DNA from: Candidatus Woesearchaeota archaeon
GTDB lineage: Archaea; Nanobdellota; Nanobdellia; Woesearchaeales; SM23-78
NCBI GenBank assembly: GCA_019322375.1
Contig: JAHWIP010000003.1
Location: forward strand, 6,792 to 70,791
DNA: 64,000 nucleotides
Direction of reading: 5' to 3'
Made by a program: the position numbers and the translations under genes. Shown one piece after another: positions 9,846-18,227 of this stretch. Every line of letters begins with the position of its first letter. The first letter of the stretch is position 1. The notes beneath the pieces were generated by a model. It was not told the DNA's origin. It did not search any database and saw only the letters and a list, made by a program, of their open reading frames with translations.

Positions 9846-9965
9846 ATGATTGTTTTAAAGAGAAGCGATGAAGACCCTTTTCCATTCAGGTTTGGAAAGA
9901 ACAAAGCCAAACTCTTAGTAGAAAATTACGAAGCTGTTAAGAAGTTTGCTGAGGAAGAGGACTGA
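9846..9965 (+). CDS. Small hypothetical protein whose 3' end is duplicated downstream (integration target?)
   Basis: 39-aa ATG ORF (51 aa from GTG 9810) MIVLKRSDEDPFPFRFGKNKAKLLVENYEAVKKFAEEED; last 27 nt repeated at 11047-11073. Confidence 0.3.
   Translation: MIVLKRSDEDPFPFRFGKNKAKLLVENYEAVKKFAEEED
9939..9965 (+). repeat. 27-bp direct repeat copy 1 (AAGAAGTTTGCTGAGGAAGAGGACTGA)
   Basis: Exact 27-nt identity with 11047-11073; read directly from sequence. Confidence 0.9.
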
Positions 9966-10041
9966 TTTTTTAACTAATAACTATTTTATTTTTAGTTTTC
10001 TTTCATAAGCTTTATATAATTGTAATACTTTCCTATTCATT

Positions 10042-10485
10042 ATGGAGAAAATAGAAGAAATAATAATAAATACTTTACGAAATCCGAAATCAGCCAGGCA
10101 AATTAAATATTTAGCTCTTGATTTACTATCTAATGCATTGAATATAAATGTTTTGGCTGATTTAGCTAAAAAGCACAACATTGAAAATAGAATGGGTTAC
10201 TTAGCGGAGATTAGTGCTATTGCTGCTAAAAAAGAAGGGCTATCCTCTTACTCAAAATTGAATAAATTGAAAAATCAATTATCTAATGGAAAGCGTTCTT
10301 GGGCTTATTTAGAACCTACTTTGCCTGAATATGCTAAACGAATAATCGCTGATAACCCTCAAACTAAATATAATAGAAAATGGAAAGTATATTCTACTCT
10401 TAAACCCAAAGAAATTTGTGATTGGGTTAAACTTTATGGTTTAAAGAAAAATGCCCCCTCTTTATCAAGACAAGGAGCTTACTAA
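10042..10485 (+). CDS. Putative HTH/winged-helix antitoxin-like protein
   Basis: 147 aa, basic, overlaps downstream NTase gene by 35 nt in different frame; position and size fit transcriptional-regulator partner of NTase toxin. Confidence 0.35.
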   Translation: MEKIEEIIINTLRNPKSARQIKYLALDLLSNALNINVLADLAKKHNIENRMGYLAEISAIAAKKEGLSSYSKLNKLKNQLSNGKRSWAYLEPTLPEYAKRIIADNPQTKYNRKWKVYSTLKPKEICDWVKLYGLKKNAPSLSRQGAY

Positions 10486-11002
10486 GGAAAATGTTCTTTC
10501 TATTTTAAGAGAAATAGATTCTGATTTAGAAGGATTACAGAGAAAATTAAGATTATATTGTTTAGGAGGCACACAACTAGCTCTTATAGACCTTAGAACT
10601 GTTTCTAAAGATATCGATTTTATAGTGTCTCATAATGATTGGATGATGTTAAGCGGTCCAGTTGCAAGGATAGAGAATAAAAAGGAAATAAGGTTTGATG
10701 TATTTCCAGGAGGCGAACTTCCTAACTACACATACCAATCTTATACTTTCCATGCGAAGAAACTTCCTTTCTATTTTAATAACTTAGAGATTTATTCCAT
10801 AGATGATGCAGATTTTGTATTGACAAAAGCACTTTCTGGCAGAGGAATAGATTACGAAGATATTGATACCCTCCTTTCCGGGGGAATTGAAATTCCTAAA
10901 GAAGTTCTTGTTGAACGATTTAAGGGTGTAAAACCCATGAAAGGAAAAGAAAGGGAGATTAAAGATAAATTTGAAAAATTCCTTAATGAATTTTATAAAT
11001 AA
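10451..11002 (+). CDS. Nucleotidyltransferase-fold protein (AbiEii/MNT-like toxin candidate)
   Basis: 183 aa; RLYCLGGTQLALIDLRTVSKDIDFIV (GG...S.DIDF motif of pol-beta-type NTases). Confidence 0.45.
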   Translation: MPPLYQDKELTKENVLSILREIDSDLEGLQRKLRLYCLGGTQLALIDLRTVSKDIDFIVSHNDWMMLSGPVARIENKKEIRFDVFPGGELPNYTYQSYTFHAKKLPFYFNNLEIYSIDDADFVLTKALSGRGIDYEDIDTLLSGGIEIPKEVLVERFKGVKPMKGKEREIKDKFEKFLNEFYK

Positions 11003-11046
11003 TAATTGTAAACTCTACATTATATTCATCCTTTTGAAAGTAAATC

Positions 11047-11073
11047 AAGAAGTTTGCTGAGGAAGAGGACTGA
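11047..11073 (+). repeat. 27-bp direct repeat copy 2
   Basis: Exact copy of 9939-9965. Confidence 0.9.
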
Positions 11074-11134
11074 GCCAATTTTTTAGTTTACCAGAACATT
11101 TATATATTTTCATTGTTTTCTTTACTATTCTAGA

Positions 11135-11875
11135 ATGAAAAGAAGAGATTTTATTAAGACAACAGGTTTGGGATTAGCAGGCCTTACTTTGAGTTTGAAT
11201 GAGGTAAATTGTTTTTCTCCTAAAGAACAAGAATTCTCTGTCCGTTTTGGAACAAATATACGTGGATATTTATGTATAGATGATTTTATAGCAGAAAAGA
11301 CCGGAACTGTCAAGGAATTAAAAGATTTTTACAAAAACACTTTTATCAAGTATCATCCCATTATAGAGGTGTGGGATAAGGATTTAGATGAGAATATTAT
11401 TGCAATGCTTGAAAATGACAAAGATATCTTACCAGTTCCATACAAACCACGTGATTTTCATGATTCTGATATAGAGAGACTTCATTATAAAATAAGTCCT
11501 GTTGTGAAGAAACTACGTTATTTTAAGCGTTTTAACATAGACAATATAACTCATGAGTTTGTATTTGAATTTATGTTTTCAGCAGGCAAGATTCTTGGCT
11601 TGCACGGATTTAGTATTGGGAAAGAAATAAAAGAAGACAGGGGTTTCAATGCCTTTTTCTTTTTAGGATATCATGATAAGGATGATTTTGGAGCAGGGGC
11701 TGGTACAACTTTGAGTGCTAGAACTTTTGGGATTAATTATAAACCAATTAAGGATTTAAATGATAACAAGATATTTAATTCACTTGCTAATCATGTAGAT
11801 ATGAGTGATAAAAGAAAGCGTTTGATTAAAGCGCTTGAAGGCCAGAAAGAAGTTCAGAAATATATGCATGGTTAG
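11135..11875 (+). CDS. Secreted hypothetical protein with twin-arginine (Tat) signal
   Basis: MKRRDFIKTTGLGLAGLTLSL = RRxFxK Tat motif followed by hydrophobic stretch; 246 aa. Confidence 0.45.
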   Translation: MKRRDFIKTTGLGLAGLTLSLNEVNCFSPKEQEFSVRFGTNIRGYLCIDDFIAEKTGTVKELKDFYKNTFIKYHPIIEVWDKDLDENIIAMLENDKDILPVPYKPRDFHDSDIERLHYKISPVVKKLRYFKRFNIDNITHEFVFEFMFSAGKILGLHGFSIGKEIKEDRGFNAFFFLGYHDKDDFGAGAGTTLSARTFGINYKPIKDLNDNKIFNSLANHVDMSDKRKRLIKALEGQKEVQKYMHG

Positions 11876-11885
11876 AATAATATCT

Positions 11886-12875
11886 TCATATCTTCTTCAC
11901 TATCATGCCTTTAAAATCTTTGCTTAGCATTTCTTTGGCTTTTTTAGTCATGTCTGCTGTTGTTATGAATATTACCGGCAGTTTCCTGGCCTGTCCTTGC
12001 ACATAAGCACTGCTTAGGTCGCCGTCATTTATTTTCTTTTTCTTTTTTGCTTTGCAATAGTATTCCTGGCTTCCTATACGAGAAGGAACTGCCAGAGTTA
12101 GTTCTATGTCTGATTTTTTCCTTTTAATCTTGTACTCAAGCACCTGTATATCATTCTTTTTGCAATAACCCCAAACTTTTTTGAAGAAAGAATCTTTTTC
12201 TCTTTCCAAATCTTCAGATGGTATGCCTAGTTCTTGCTGGACTTCTTCTCTTGATTCTTTCTTTTCGTCTTTTTCCTCTTCCTTTGCCACAGCAACCCTC
12301 GCGAGCTTTGGGCGAGCGAGCAACAAATCTTTTTCTTTTTCAGTTTTTTCTTCAGTTTTTATTTCTTCTTGCTTTATTTCGGGTTTCTTTTCCTCAACTT
12401 TCTTAACAGGCACCTTTACCACTTTTCTCGCAGGCCTTATCTCACTTAGTATCATCTGCTCTGCTTCCTTTGTCGGCGTCATATACCATTTCCAATAGAT
12501 TTCTCTCTGCCCTTTAACTGTTACTTCCAATGGCTTTGCAAAATCCCTTATGCTTCTCAAACTAACTCTTACTAATGGGCTTAAATCCCTGTCTTTCAAA
12601 ATCTTTTTCTGCCTTAACAACTCTGCTGTTTTCCTGTCTTTTTCATTCAAATACTTCATTAAGTTCTGCAGCCTTACCTCTGTTCCTGGCGTGTAATAAG
12701 CAGGTGTGCTCCCAACTTTTGTATTGGTTACATTGACTTTGCCTGCTTCTTTTAACTCTGCGAGTATAGCTCCAAGAAGAATTGTATCTCCTGCCTTGAT
12801 AATCTTTTTCAGCTCATTAGGAATAAGAGGCCCTCTCATCTGCACAACTTTAAGAATGTCTTCTTTGTTAACCAT
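11886..12875 (-). CDS. Winged-helix N-terminal domain + Mrr-like restriction-endonuclease catalytic domain protein with K/E-rich linker
   Basis: 329 aa; C-terminus DIELTLAVPS..QEYYCKAK..KLPVIFITTADMTKKAKEM resembles Mrr_cat (PD-(D/E)xK; vqCK and ifiTTs.ft motifs); linker contains GC-rich palindromic element. Confidence 0.4.
   Translation of the reverse strand: MVNKEDILKVVQMRGPLIPNELKKIIKAGDTILLGAILAELKEAGKVNVTNTKVGSTPAYYTPGTEVRLQNLMKYLNEKDRKTAELLRQKKILKDRDLSPLVRVSLRSIRDFAKPLEVTVKGQREIYWKWYMTPTKEAEQMILSEIRPARKVVKVPVKKVEEKKPEIKQEEIKTEEKTEKEKDLLLARPKLARVAVAKEEEKDEKKESREEVQQELGIPSEDLEREKDSFFKKVWGYCKKNDIQVLEYKIKRKKSDIELTLAVPSRIGSQEYYCKAKKKKKINDGDLSSAYVQGQARKLPVIFITTADMTKKAKEMLSKDFKGMIVKKI
12297..12323 (-). 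repeat. GC-rich palindromic element copy B (TTGCTCGCTCGCCCAAAGCTCGCGAGG), in-frame inside CDS
   Basis: Near-identical to 47995-48023 and ends match 61421-61447. Confidence 0.8.
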
Positions 12876-12979
12876 TTTGTTATATTATTATCTTATATTA
12901 TCTTCTCCAAGTGAATAATTTTAGTATTAGAACTCTGTTTATATAAATTTATATTATTTACTTATAGAATCCAGGCAAA

Positions 12980-13717
12980 TCAGGGTCTCATCCATTTAAT
13001 CTCATAATAAGTAACATCGCCTTCGTCGTCTACTATGCCCATCATTAATCTCTTTTTGGTACTATGAGCCACCCTGTTCTTGGCTGCAAACTCATACCAT
13101 GTTAAGGTTTCTCCTTCATGTACTGGAAAGATTATCCATCTTGCATGGTCTTCTCCTGGCCTTATTCCTCTGTCATAAACCCTGAAATCAGCTCCAAACT
13201 TTAGCGCAGTCTTAATTATATACCCGCGATTCCTCATATCCTTAAACACACAATACCTTATCCAGAAGTTTGGCTCTACTGTTCTTGCTTTTTTTATGAA
13301 TTCCTCTGAGGTAATTGCTTTTTTTCTTTTTTCAGAAATGATTATCTTGCCTTTTTCAAGCAGATACAGTGCTTCTGGCAGTGAGAGCTGCACTTTGCCG
13401 TCTTCCATTACTTGTCCATAAGCACTTTTGCTAAACAGGTTTCTTGCTTCATCTGTTGACTCTGTTATCACTCTTTCCCTTGCAAACATGGCTTTGATTA
13501 CTTCTTTTGGCTTTTTTTCTGTTAGTTTTTCTTTTGGTTTTTCAGCTACTTTAACCTCTACTTTGGCTTTCTTCTTGCTTTCTTTCTTCTTAGCACTTTT
13601 CTTTTTTTTACTGGTTTTCTTCTTTGAAGAAATGCTCAAAGGTTTACCTTTGGCACTCAAAGGCTCTGCCTTTGATGGCTCAGAAGATTTATCTTCTGTT
13701 GTTTTTTTCTTTGCCAT
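12980..13717 (-). CDS. endA: tRNA-splicing endonuclease catalytic subunit (EndA) with lysine-rich N-terminal extension
   Basis: C-terminal ALKFGADFRVYDRG..HARWIIF..RVAHSTKKRLMMG matches EndA catalytic domain (Y, H, K triad context); start chosen at MAKKKTT (ORF-track start 13825 would overlap divergent gene). Confidence 0.7.
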   Translation of the reverse strand: MAKKKTTEDKSSEPSKAEPLSAKGKPLSISSKKKTSKKKKSAKKKESKKKAKVEVKVAEKPKEKLTEKKPKEVIKAMFARERVITESTDEARNLFSKSAYGQVMEDGKVQLSLPEALYLLEKGKIIISEKRKKAITSEEFIKKARTVEPNFWIRYCVFKDMRNRGYIIKTALKFGADFRVYDRGIRPGEDHARWIIFPVHEGETLTWYEFAAKNRVAHSTKKRLMMGIVDDEGDVTYYEIKWMRP

Positions 13718-13837
13718 GCTTGTTCTTAGCACATATATTCTGTTTAAAAATTTTTGTAAATAAATATATCTTTCCATATAGAAAATAATTCTCTTTTGCA
13801 AAATGTTAAAAACCAAACAAAACACCTACTCTACACG

Positions 13838-14740
13838 ATGGAAATCACAATACTAGGCACCAGCTGCATGGTGCCAACCAAGGACAGGAATGTGCAAGGC
13901 ATTTACCTAGAGTATAAAGGAGAAGGCATCTTAATAGACTGCGGAGAAGGAACCCAGAGACAGATGAACATAGCAGGCATTAACCGCAACAAGATAAGAA
14001 AGATTTTGATAACACACTGGCACGGAGATCATGTATCTGGATTAATAGGCTTGCTGCAAACCATTAGCAACAATGAAAACCCTCAGAAAGTAACCTTGTT
14101 TGGGCCAAGAGAAACCAAGGAAAGAATCTTTCACTTATTAAAAGCAGTTAGTTTTGAACATAACAGATTAGAGCTTGATATAAAGGAATTAAACCCAAAA
14201 GGAGTTGAAAAAATCTTTCAAAACAAAGATTATTACATAGAATGCGCTTACATGGACCATAAAATGCCCTGCTTAGGCTATAGTTTTATAGAAAAAGATG
14301 TTCGAAAAATAAACATGGCAAAAGCAAAAAAATATGGCTTAAAACAAGGGCCAAACATAGGCAAACTGCAGAGAGGACAGACAATCACATTCAAAAGCAA
14401 AACCATAAAGCCAGACGATGTATCATTTATTCAGAAAGGCAAAAAGCTAAGTGTGATACTTGACACACTTCCATGCACAAATGCCTATGAGCTAGCCAAA
14501 GAAGCAGATATATTGATATCTGAGGCTGCTTACCTGGCAGAACTAGAAGAAAAAGGAGAGGAATACAAACACTTAACAACCAAAGATGCAGGATTAATAG
14601 CAACCAAAGCCAATGTAAAAAAACTAATAATAACCCATTTCTCCCAGAGATACAAGACAAACAAAGAATTACAAGAAGAAATAAAAACCTATTTCAAGAA
14701 CAGCAAAGCAGCGCATGACTTTATGAAGATTAAGCTTTAG
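13838..14740 (+). CDS. rnz: Ribonuclease Z (tRNA 3' endonuclease, metallo-beta-lactamase fold)
   Basis: MEITILGTS..LIDCGEGTQRQM..ITHWHGDHVSGL (HxHxDH motif), about 300 aa. Confidence 0.8.
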   Translation: MEITILGTSCMVPTKDRNVQGIYLEYKGEGILIDCGEGTQRQMNIAGINRNKIRKILITHWHGDHVSGLIGLLQTISNNENPQKVTLFGPRETKERIFHLLKAVSFEHNRLELDIKELNPKGVEKIFQNKDYYIECAYMDHKMPCLGYSFIEKDVRKINMAKAKKYGLKQGPNIGKLQRGQTITFKSKTIKPDDVSFIQKGKKLSVILDTLPCTNAYELAKEADILISEAAYLAELEEKGEEYKHLTTKDAGLIATKANVKKLIITHFSQRYKTNKELQEEIKTYFKNSKAAHDFMKIKL

Positions 14741-14764
14741 AAATTATTGATTATTTATTTCTGA

Positions 14765-14983
14765 TTATTTATTATTCTTACTAGCCAGCTTAATATCCCC
14801 TGCTTTAACAGTCCTTCTTTTAGCATGCCTGCTCAGCTCAATAGCATCCCTGCTAATCTTATCACCAAGCTCCTCAAGAACATCACGTAAAGCTTCTTTA
14901 GACTCCTCGCTAACCCTGTAAGCACCAGCAGCCTTCATAAGCTTTTCCATAGCAGACAAGGACAAAATCTTTTTAGATGCCAT
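14765..14983 (-). CDS. Archaeal histone (HMf-like histone fold)
   Basis: 72 aa; AMEKLMKAAGAYRVSEESKEALRDVLEELGDKISRDAIELSRHAKRRTVKAGDIKLA closely matches archaeal histone consensus. Confidence 0.8.
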   Translation of the reverse strand: MASKKILSLSAMEKLMKAAGAYRVSEESKEALRDVLEELGDKISRDAIELSRHAKRRTVKAGDIKLASKNNK

Positions 14984-15039
14984 AAAAAAGGTTAATTTGG
15001 AGGTTTTTATAAAGTTATTGAAAAATATTTGTTAAGCTT

Positions 15040-15630
15040 TTATTTTTTCCTTAATCCAAAGAAATTAGACTTGTTTATTAAATATGCATAAACCCCTATG
15101 ATTAAAATCACTAGAATTAAAATGATTATTGGGTTAAAACTGACTCCCCATTTACCACTCATTAAATTAATTCCTAAATAAAAAAGCAAAAATATAATTA
15201 GTGAAGTCATTAAGGCCAGCAACAGGATTCTCCATTTTTGCGGGTGCTTATACCAAGCAACCAAGAGACATGCAAATATGAACCAAAAGATTATATCAAT
15301 CACCAAATTAAACCATGAAAAATTAAGAGGCTCAGGGCATTTTCCTCCCCAGCACATTGCAGAACCAACAGGATAAAAACCAAGCGGGATTCCCACAAGC
15401 ATTTGCGCGTCTAAAATACATGTCTGAGTTGAGCATTTATAAGCAGGGTAAACCATAAAAATCAGTATGAAAACAACCAGAATGATTAATTTAGAAATGT
15501 TTGGTTTAAAAAATTCTTTCCAATCCATGTTTCTTATTGGAATACACAGATATAAATAATTATCGTAAAAATCAAAAATCTTCGATTTTTGGCCCCAAAA
15601 AAACAAAGTTTTTCTGGAAATCAAAAACAA
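15040..15630 (-). CDS. Polytopic membrane protein, unknown function
   Basis: Multiple TM helices; start may be internal M (MDWKEFF). Confidence 0.4.
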   Translation of the reverse strand: MFLISRKTLFFWGQKSKIFDFYDNYLYLCIPIRNMDWKEFFKPNISKLIILVVFILIFMVYPAYKCSTQTCILDAQMLVGIPLGFYPVGSAMCWGGKCPEPLNFSWFNLVIDIIFWFIFACLLVAWYKHPQKWRILLLALMTSLIIFLLFYLGINLMSGKWGVSFNPIIILILVILIIGVYAYLINKSNFFGLRKK

Positions 15631-15659
15631 TTAAATAAGAAAACATATTAACCACTATC

Positions 15660-16067
15660 ATGGGCATTAGCCACAGCAGAAGAAAGAGCAAAGGCAGCAA
15701 AGCAGAGCGGGACTTAATCCATTTATTCTGGAGTAAAGGCTTTGCTGCTATGAGAGCAGCTGGCTCTGGTTCTACACAGCACCCAAGCCCTGATATTGTT
15801 GTTGGCAATGGTAAGAAATTTTTTGCTTTTGAGTGCAAATCCAGTCGAGATAAGTCAAAATACTTAACAAAAGATGAAATCACTCAATTGGATTTGTTTT
15901 CCAATAGTTTCGGAGCAAGGGCTTTTGTTGCAATAAAGTTTGATAATGAGCAATGGTATTTTTTAAGGTTGACTGATTTAAAGAAAACAGCCAAGAGTTA
16001 TGTTGTGACGCTTGAACTTGCAAAGAAGAAAGGGCTGGGGTTTGAGGATTTAGCAGGCAAAACATAA
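15660..16067 (+). CDS. hjc: Holliday junction resolvase Hjc
   Basis: 135 aa; GSKAERDLIHLFWSKGFAAMRAAGSG..PDIVVGNGKKFFAFECKSS = archaeal Hjc PD-(D/E)xK signature. Confidence 0.8.
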   Translation: MGISHSRRKSKGSKAERDLIHLFWSKGFAAMRAAGSGSTQHPSPDIVVGNGKKFFAFECKSSRDKSKYLTKDEITQLDLFSNSFGARAFVAIKFDNEQWYFLRLTDLKKTAKSYVVTLELAKKKGLGFEDLAGKT

Positions 16068-16103
16068 AGTTATTTATACTAAACTTTATTTTCTGGATTA
16101 ATA

Positions 16104-16583
16104 ATGATAAAAACAGATAAAATAATTAAATTCATAGTTTCTATTGTTGTATGCCAACTAGCAGGCATAATCGGCTCATTTTTCACTGCTAGCTCTGTCT
16201 CTACATGGTATGTTGGCCTTGCAAAACCTTCTTTTAATCCTCCTAATTGGGTATTTGCACCTGTATGGACCGCCTTGTTCATATTAATGGGAATATCACT
16301 TTATTTTATATGGGAAAAGGGCTTTAAAGCAAAAGGAGTTAAAACAGGTTTATTATTATTTAGTGTACAGTTAATACTAAACATATTATGGTCAATTCTT
16401 TTCTTTGGATTACAAAATCCACTGATAGCATTCATAGAAATAGTAGTACTTTGGATAGCAATCCTGTTCACTATTTTGAAGTTCTACAAGGTTTCTAGAA
16501 CAGCAGCATACTTGTTAATACCATACATACTATGGGTAACATTTGCAGCAGTATTAAACCTGGCAATATTTATTCTGAATTAG
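16104..16583 (+). CDS. tspO: TspO/MBR family tryptophan-rich sensory protein
   Basis: 159 aa; WYVGLAKPSFNPPNWVFAPVWTALFILMGISLY is the TspO signature. Confidence 0.8.
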   Translation: MIKTDKIIKFIVSIVVCQLAGIIGSFFTASSVSTWYVGLAKPSFNPPNWVFAPVWTALFILMGISLYFIWEKGFKAKGVKTGLLLFSVQLILNILWSILFFGLQNPLIAFIEIVVLWIAILFTILKFYKVSRTAAYLLIPYILWVTFAAVLNLAIFILN

Positions 16584-16597
16584 TAGACAAATAAAAT

Positions 16598-16611
16598 ATG
16601 CGCCGACCGGG
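16598..16611 (+). repeat. 14-nt direct repeat ATGCGCCGACCGGG (copy 1)
   Basis: 13/14 match with ATGAGCCGACCGGG at 16854-16867, flanking a 59-aa ORF. Confidence 0.7.
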
Positions 16612-16625
16612 AAACAACCAATTCT

Positions 16626-16805
16626 TCATTCCTTTATTTTCTCTATAATGAGAACTTTTTTTACTTTTGCCCCATAAAATAAGAAAAGTGTTTCAACATC
16701 GGGAATGATTGAAATAACTTCTCCTTTCAGATTATTAAGGAAATCCTCAAGCGAATCAGGTTCTTTAGCTAAGTTAATATTTAATTTGTGTACTTTATAT
16801 TTCAT
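16626..16805 (-). CDS. Small hypothetical protein (59 aa) between direct repeats
   Basis: ATG..TGA ORF MKYKVHKLNINLAKEPDSLEDFLNNLKGEVISIIPDVETLFLFYGAKVKKVLIIEKIKE, below ORF-track cutoff. Confidence 0.3.
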   Translation of the reverse strand: MKYKVHKLNINLAKEPDSLEDFLNNLKGEVISIIPDVETLFLFYGAKVKKVLIIEKIKE

Positions 16806-16853
16806 CTAAATCTACCTCCCAATTTTTTTCCTTCTGCCAGGTAATTTTTATCA

Positions 16854-16867
16854 TGAGCCGACCGGGC
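16854..16867 (+). repeat. 14-nt direct repeat copy 2 (ATGAGCCGACCGGG)
   Basis: see 16598. Confidence 0.7.
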
Positions 16868-16868
16868 T

Positions 16869-17510
16869 TCACCTCAGCCTCATCTGCCTTAGCTTCAAAT
16901 ACTTCTTATCTGGTCTGAAGGCATAGGCTGTATGCTCATCAAAGTATCCACACATTATCCTGTTTAAGGGTATGCCTGTTCTTCTGCTCAGCATCAGGGC
17001 ATAGAAAAAGACCTGTGTAGAAGCATATTTTTCCTGCTCTGCTCTTGGCTTGTAATCCCAGACCCATACTTTGTCATTATCAATTCTTAGAACATCTATG
17101 TGTCCTGATAAAGGCTCTTTGCTCTGAAATAATTCCTCATGCTTCCTGCCCAGCTCATATGCTTTAAGCCAGATAGGAACCTCAACTCCTACAGTAGAGT
17201 TATCATAGCTTAGCATGAACACCTGAACATTGCTGTGGGCATTTGTGTATTTATTCCAGTCAAGCCCTTCTCTTGCCAGCATTGATACTTCGTGGTTGTC
17301 TATCTGCCTGGGCCTTATTCCTATATCAAACCTTAGCCTGCTTCCCCTGGGTCCTGCTAGAAAAGGCTCTTGAGGGCAGTTTTCAAAAACCCTGTTAAGG
17401 TAGGTGTGCAGAGGAGAGAGACCATTATCTCTGAGCAAGCCCAGCTTTGCCCTGTGCAGCCTGTAGTGATAATACCATCCATGGTCTAGAGAAACGTGTT
17501 GCAGCATCAT
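16869..17510 (-). CDS. RecB-family PD-(D/E)xK nuclease domain protein (Cas4-like fold, no Fe-S cysteine cluster)
   Basis: 213 aa; GHIDVLRIDNDKVWVWDYKP (motif II/III) followed by TQVFFYALML (QxxxY motif). Confidence 0.45.
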   Translation of the reverse strand: MMLQHVSLDHGWYYHYRLHRAKLGLLRDNGLSPLHTYLNRVFENCPQEPFLAGPRGSRLRFDIGIRPRQIDNHEVSMLAREGLDWNKYTNAHSNVQVFMLSYDNSTVGVEVPIWLKAYELGRKHEELFQSKEPLSGHIDVLRIDNDKVWVWDYKPRAEQEKYASTQVFFYALMLSRRTGIPLNRIMCGYFDEHTAYAFRPDKKYLKLRQMRLR

Positions 17511-17554
17511 GATATATATGAAATTAATTAAAATAAAAATTTTTTGAAAAGAAT

Positions 17555-17764
17555 TTATCTTTTCTTCTTTCTAAGCATCCTCTCAATCTTGAGCTCTTCT
17601 GCTTCTATCTTTTTTTCCTCAGCAGCAATCTTCAACACAATCCTTTCAAGATTAAGGTCAATTTTGGCAATCCTTCTCTCCATTAAAACCAGAATCCTGA
17701 GGCTGTACACAATTGCTGCCAGTGTGCCAATAATGATTGCAAGTATCACAGTGTCCATTCCCAT
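17555..17764 (-). CDS. Small membrane/coiled-coil protein
   Basis: 69 aa; TM helix then charged coiled-coil; preferred over overlapping plus-strand low-complexity ORF. Confidence 0.35.
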   Translation of the reverse strand: MGMDTVILAIIIGTLAAIVYSLRILVLMERRIAKIDLNLERIVLKIAAEEKKIEAEELKIERMLRKKKR

Positions 17765-17928
17765 TTTAAAATACCTCCACCTCTTTTTTATTAAATGTCT
17801 CTTGTTTTAACTTATCTTACGAGGTTTAAATATTTTTTCTTTTTTTGGCGTTACGTCCAGATGAATATCAAAACCTTTATATATTCCTGCCTCTTTATCT
17901 TCTTCATAAATGATTAAAGGTGGTATGA

Positions 17929-18195
17929 ATGCTTAAGATGAAAAGAATATCTGAAACCTTTGAAATGAGAGTTTTTACTGATACTGGTGATTATTTTGGT
18001 GATGTGGAAGAAGCTATTCTGACTCAGAACAAGGTGTTTGGCTGGAGAGTGAGAGCTACCAAGAACAGTTTCTTGAACAAAGTCCTGGGTAGTGCCAAAG
18101 GCGTTATTGTGCCTCACCAGCTGGTAAAAAGCATTGGCGACATAATGATTATTAACAAGTCAGCAGTGCCAAGCTATGGGCCAGAGGAAGAATAA
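17929..18195 (+). CDS. PRC-barrel domain protein
   Basis: 88 aa; V.G.RV..GD..G.V....L.......V..GD.II pattern typical of PRC barrel. Confidence 0.5.
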   Translation: MLKMKRISETFEMRVFTDTGDYFGDVEEAILTQNKVFGWRVRATKNSFLNKVLGSAKGVIVPHQLVKSIGDIMIINKSAVPSYGPEEE

Positions 18196-18227
18196 ATTTT
18201 TTATTTATCTTATTTCTCTTGTTTTTT

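Larger units (their letters stand above)
9966..11046 (+). mobile_element. Candidate inserted cassette (HTH protein + nucleotidyltransferase, toxin-antitoxin-like) bounded by 27-bp direct repeats
   Basis: 1.1 kb segment between perfect direct repeats; carries two overlapping genes typical of AbiEi/AbiEii-like or MNT-type TA modules; no integrase seen. Confidence 0.4.

Noticed and set aside
12181-12498. Plus-strand ORFs (105 and 62 aa) of Ser/Phe-rich low-complexity sequence
   Set aside because: Antisense to the K/E-rich linker of the 329-aa minus-strand gene. The composition is a mirror artefact.
17544-17810. 88-aa plus-strand ORF (Ser/Ile/Leu-rich)
   Set aside because: Overlaps and mirrors the more plausible 69-aa minus-strand TM and coiled-coil ORF. 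It has no start context.
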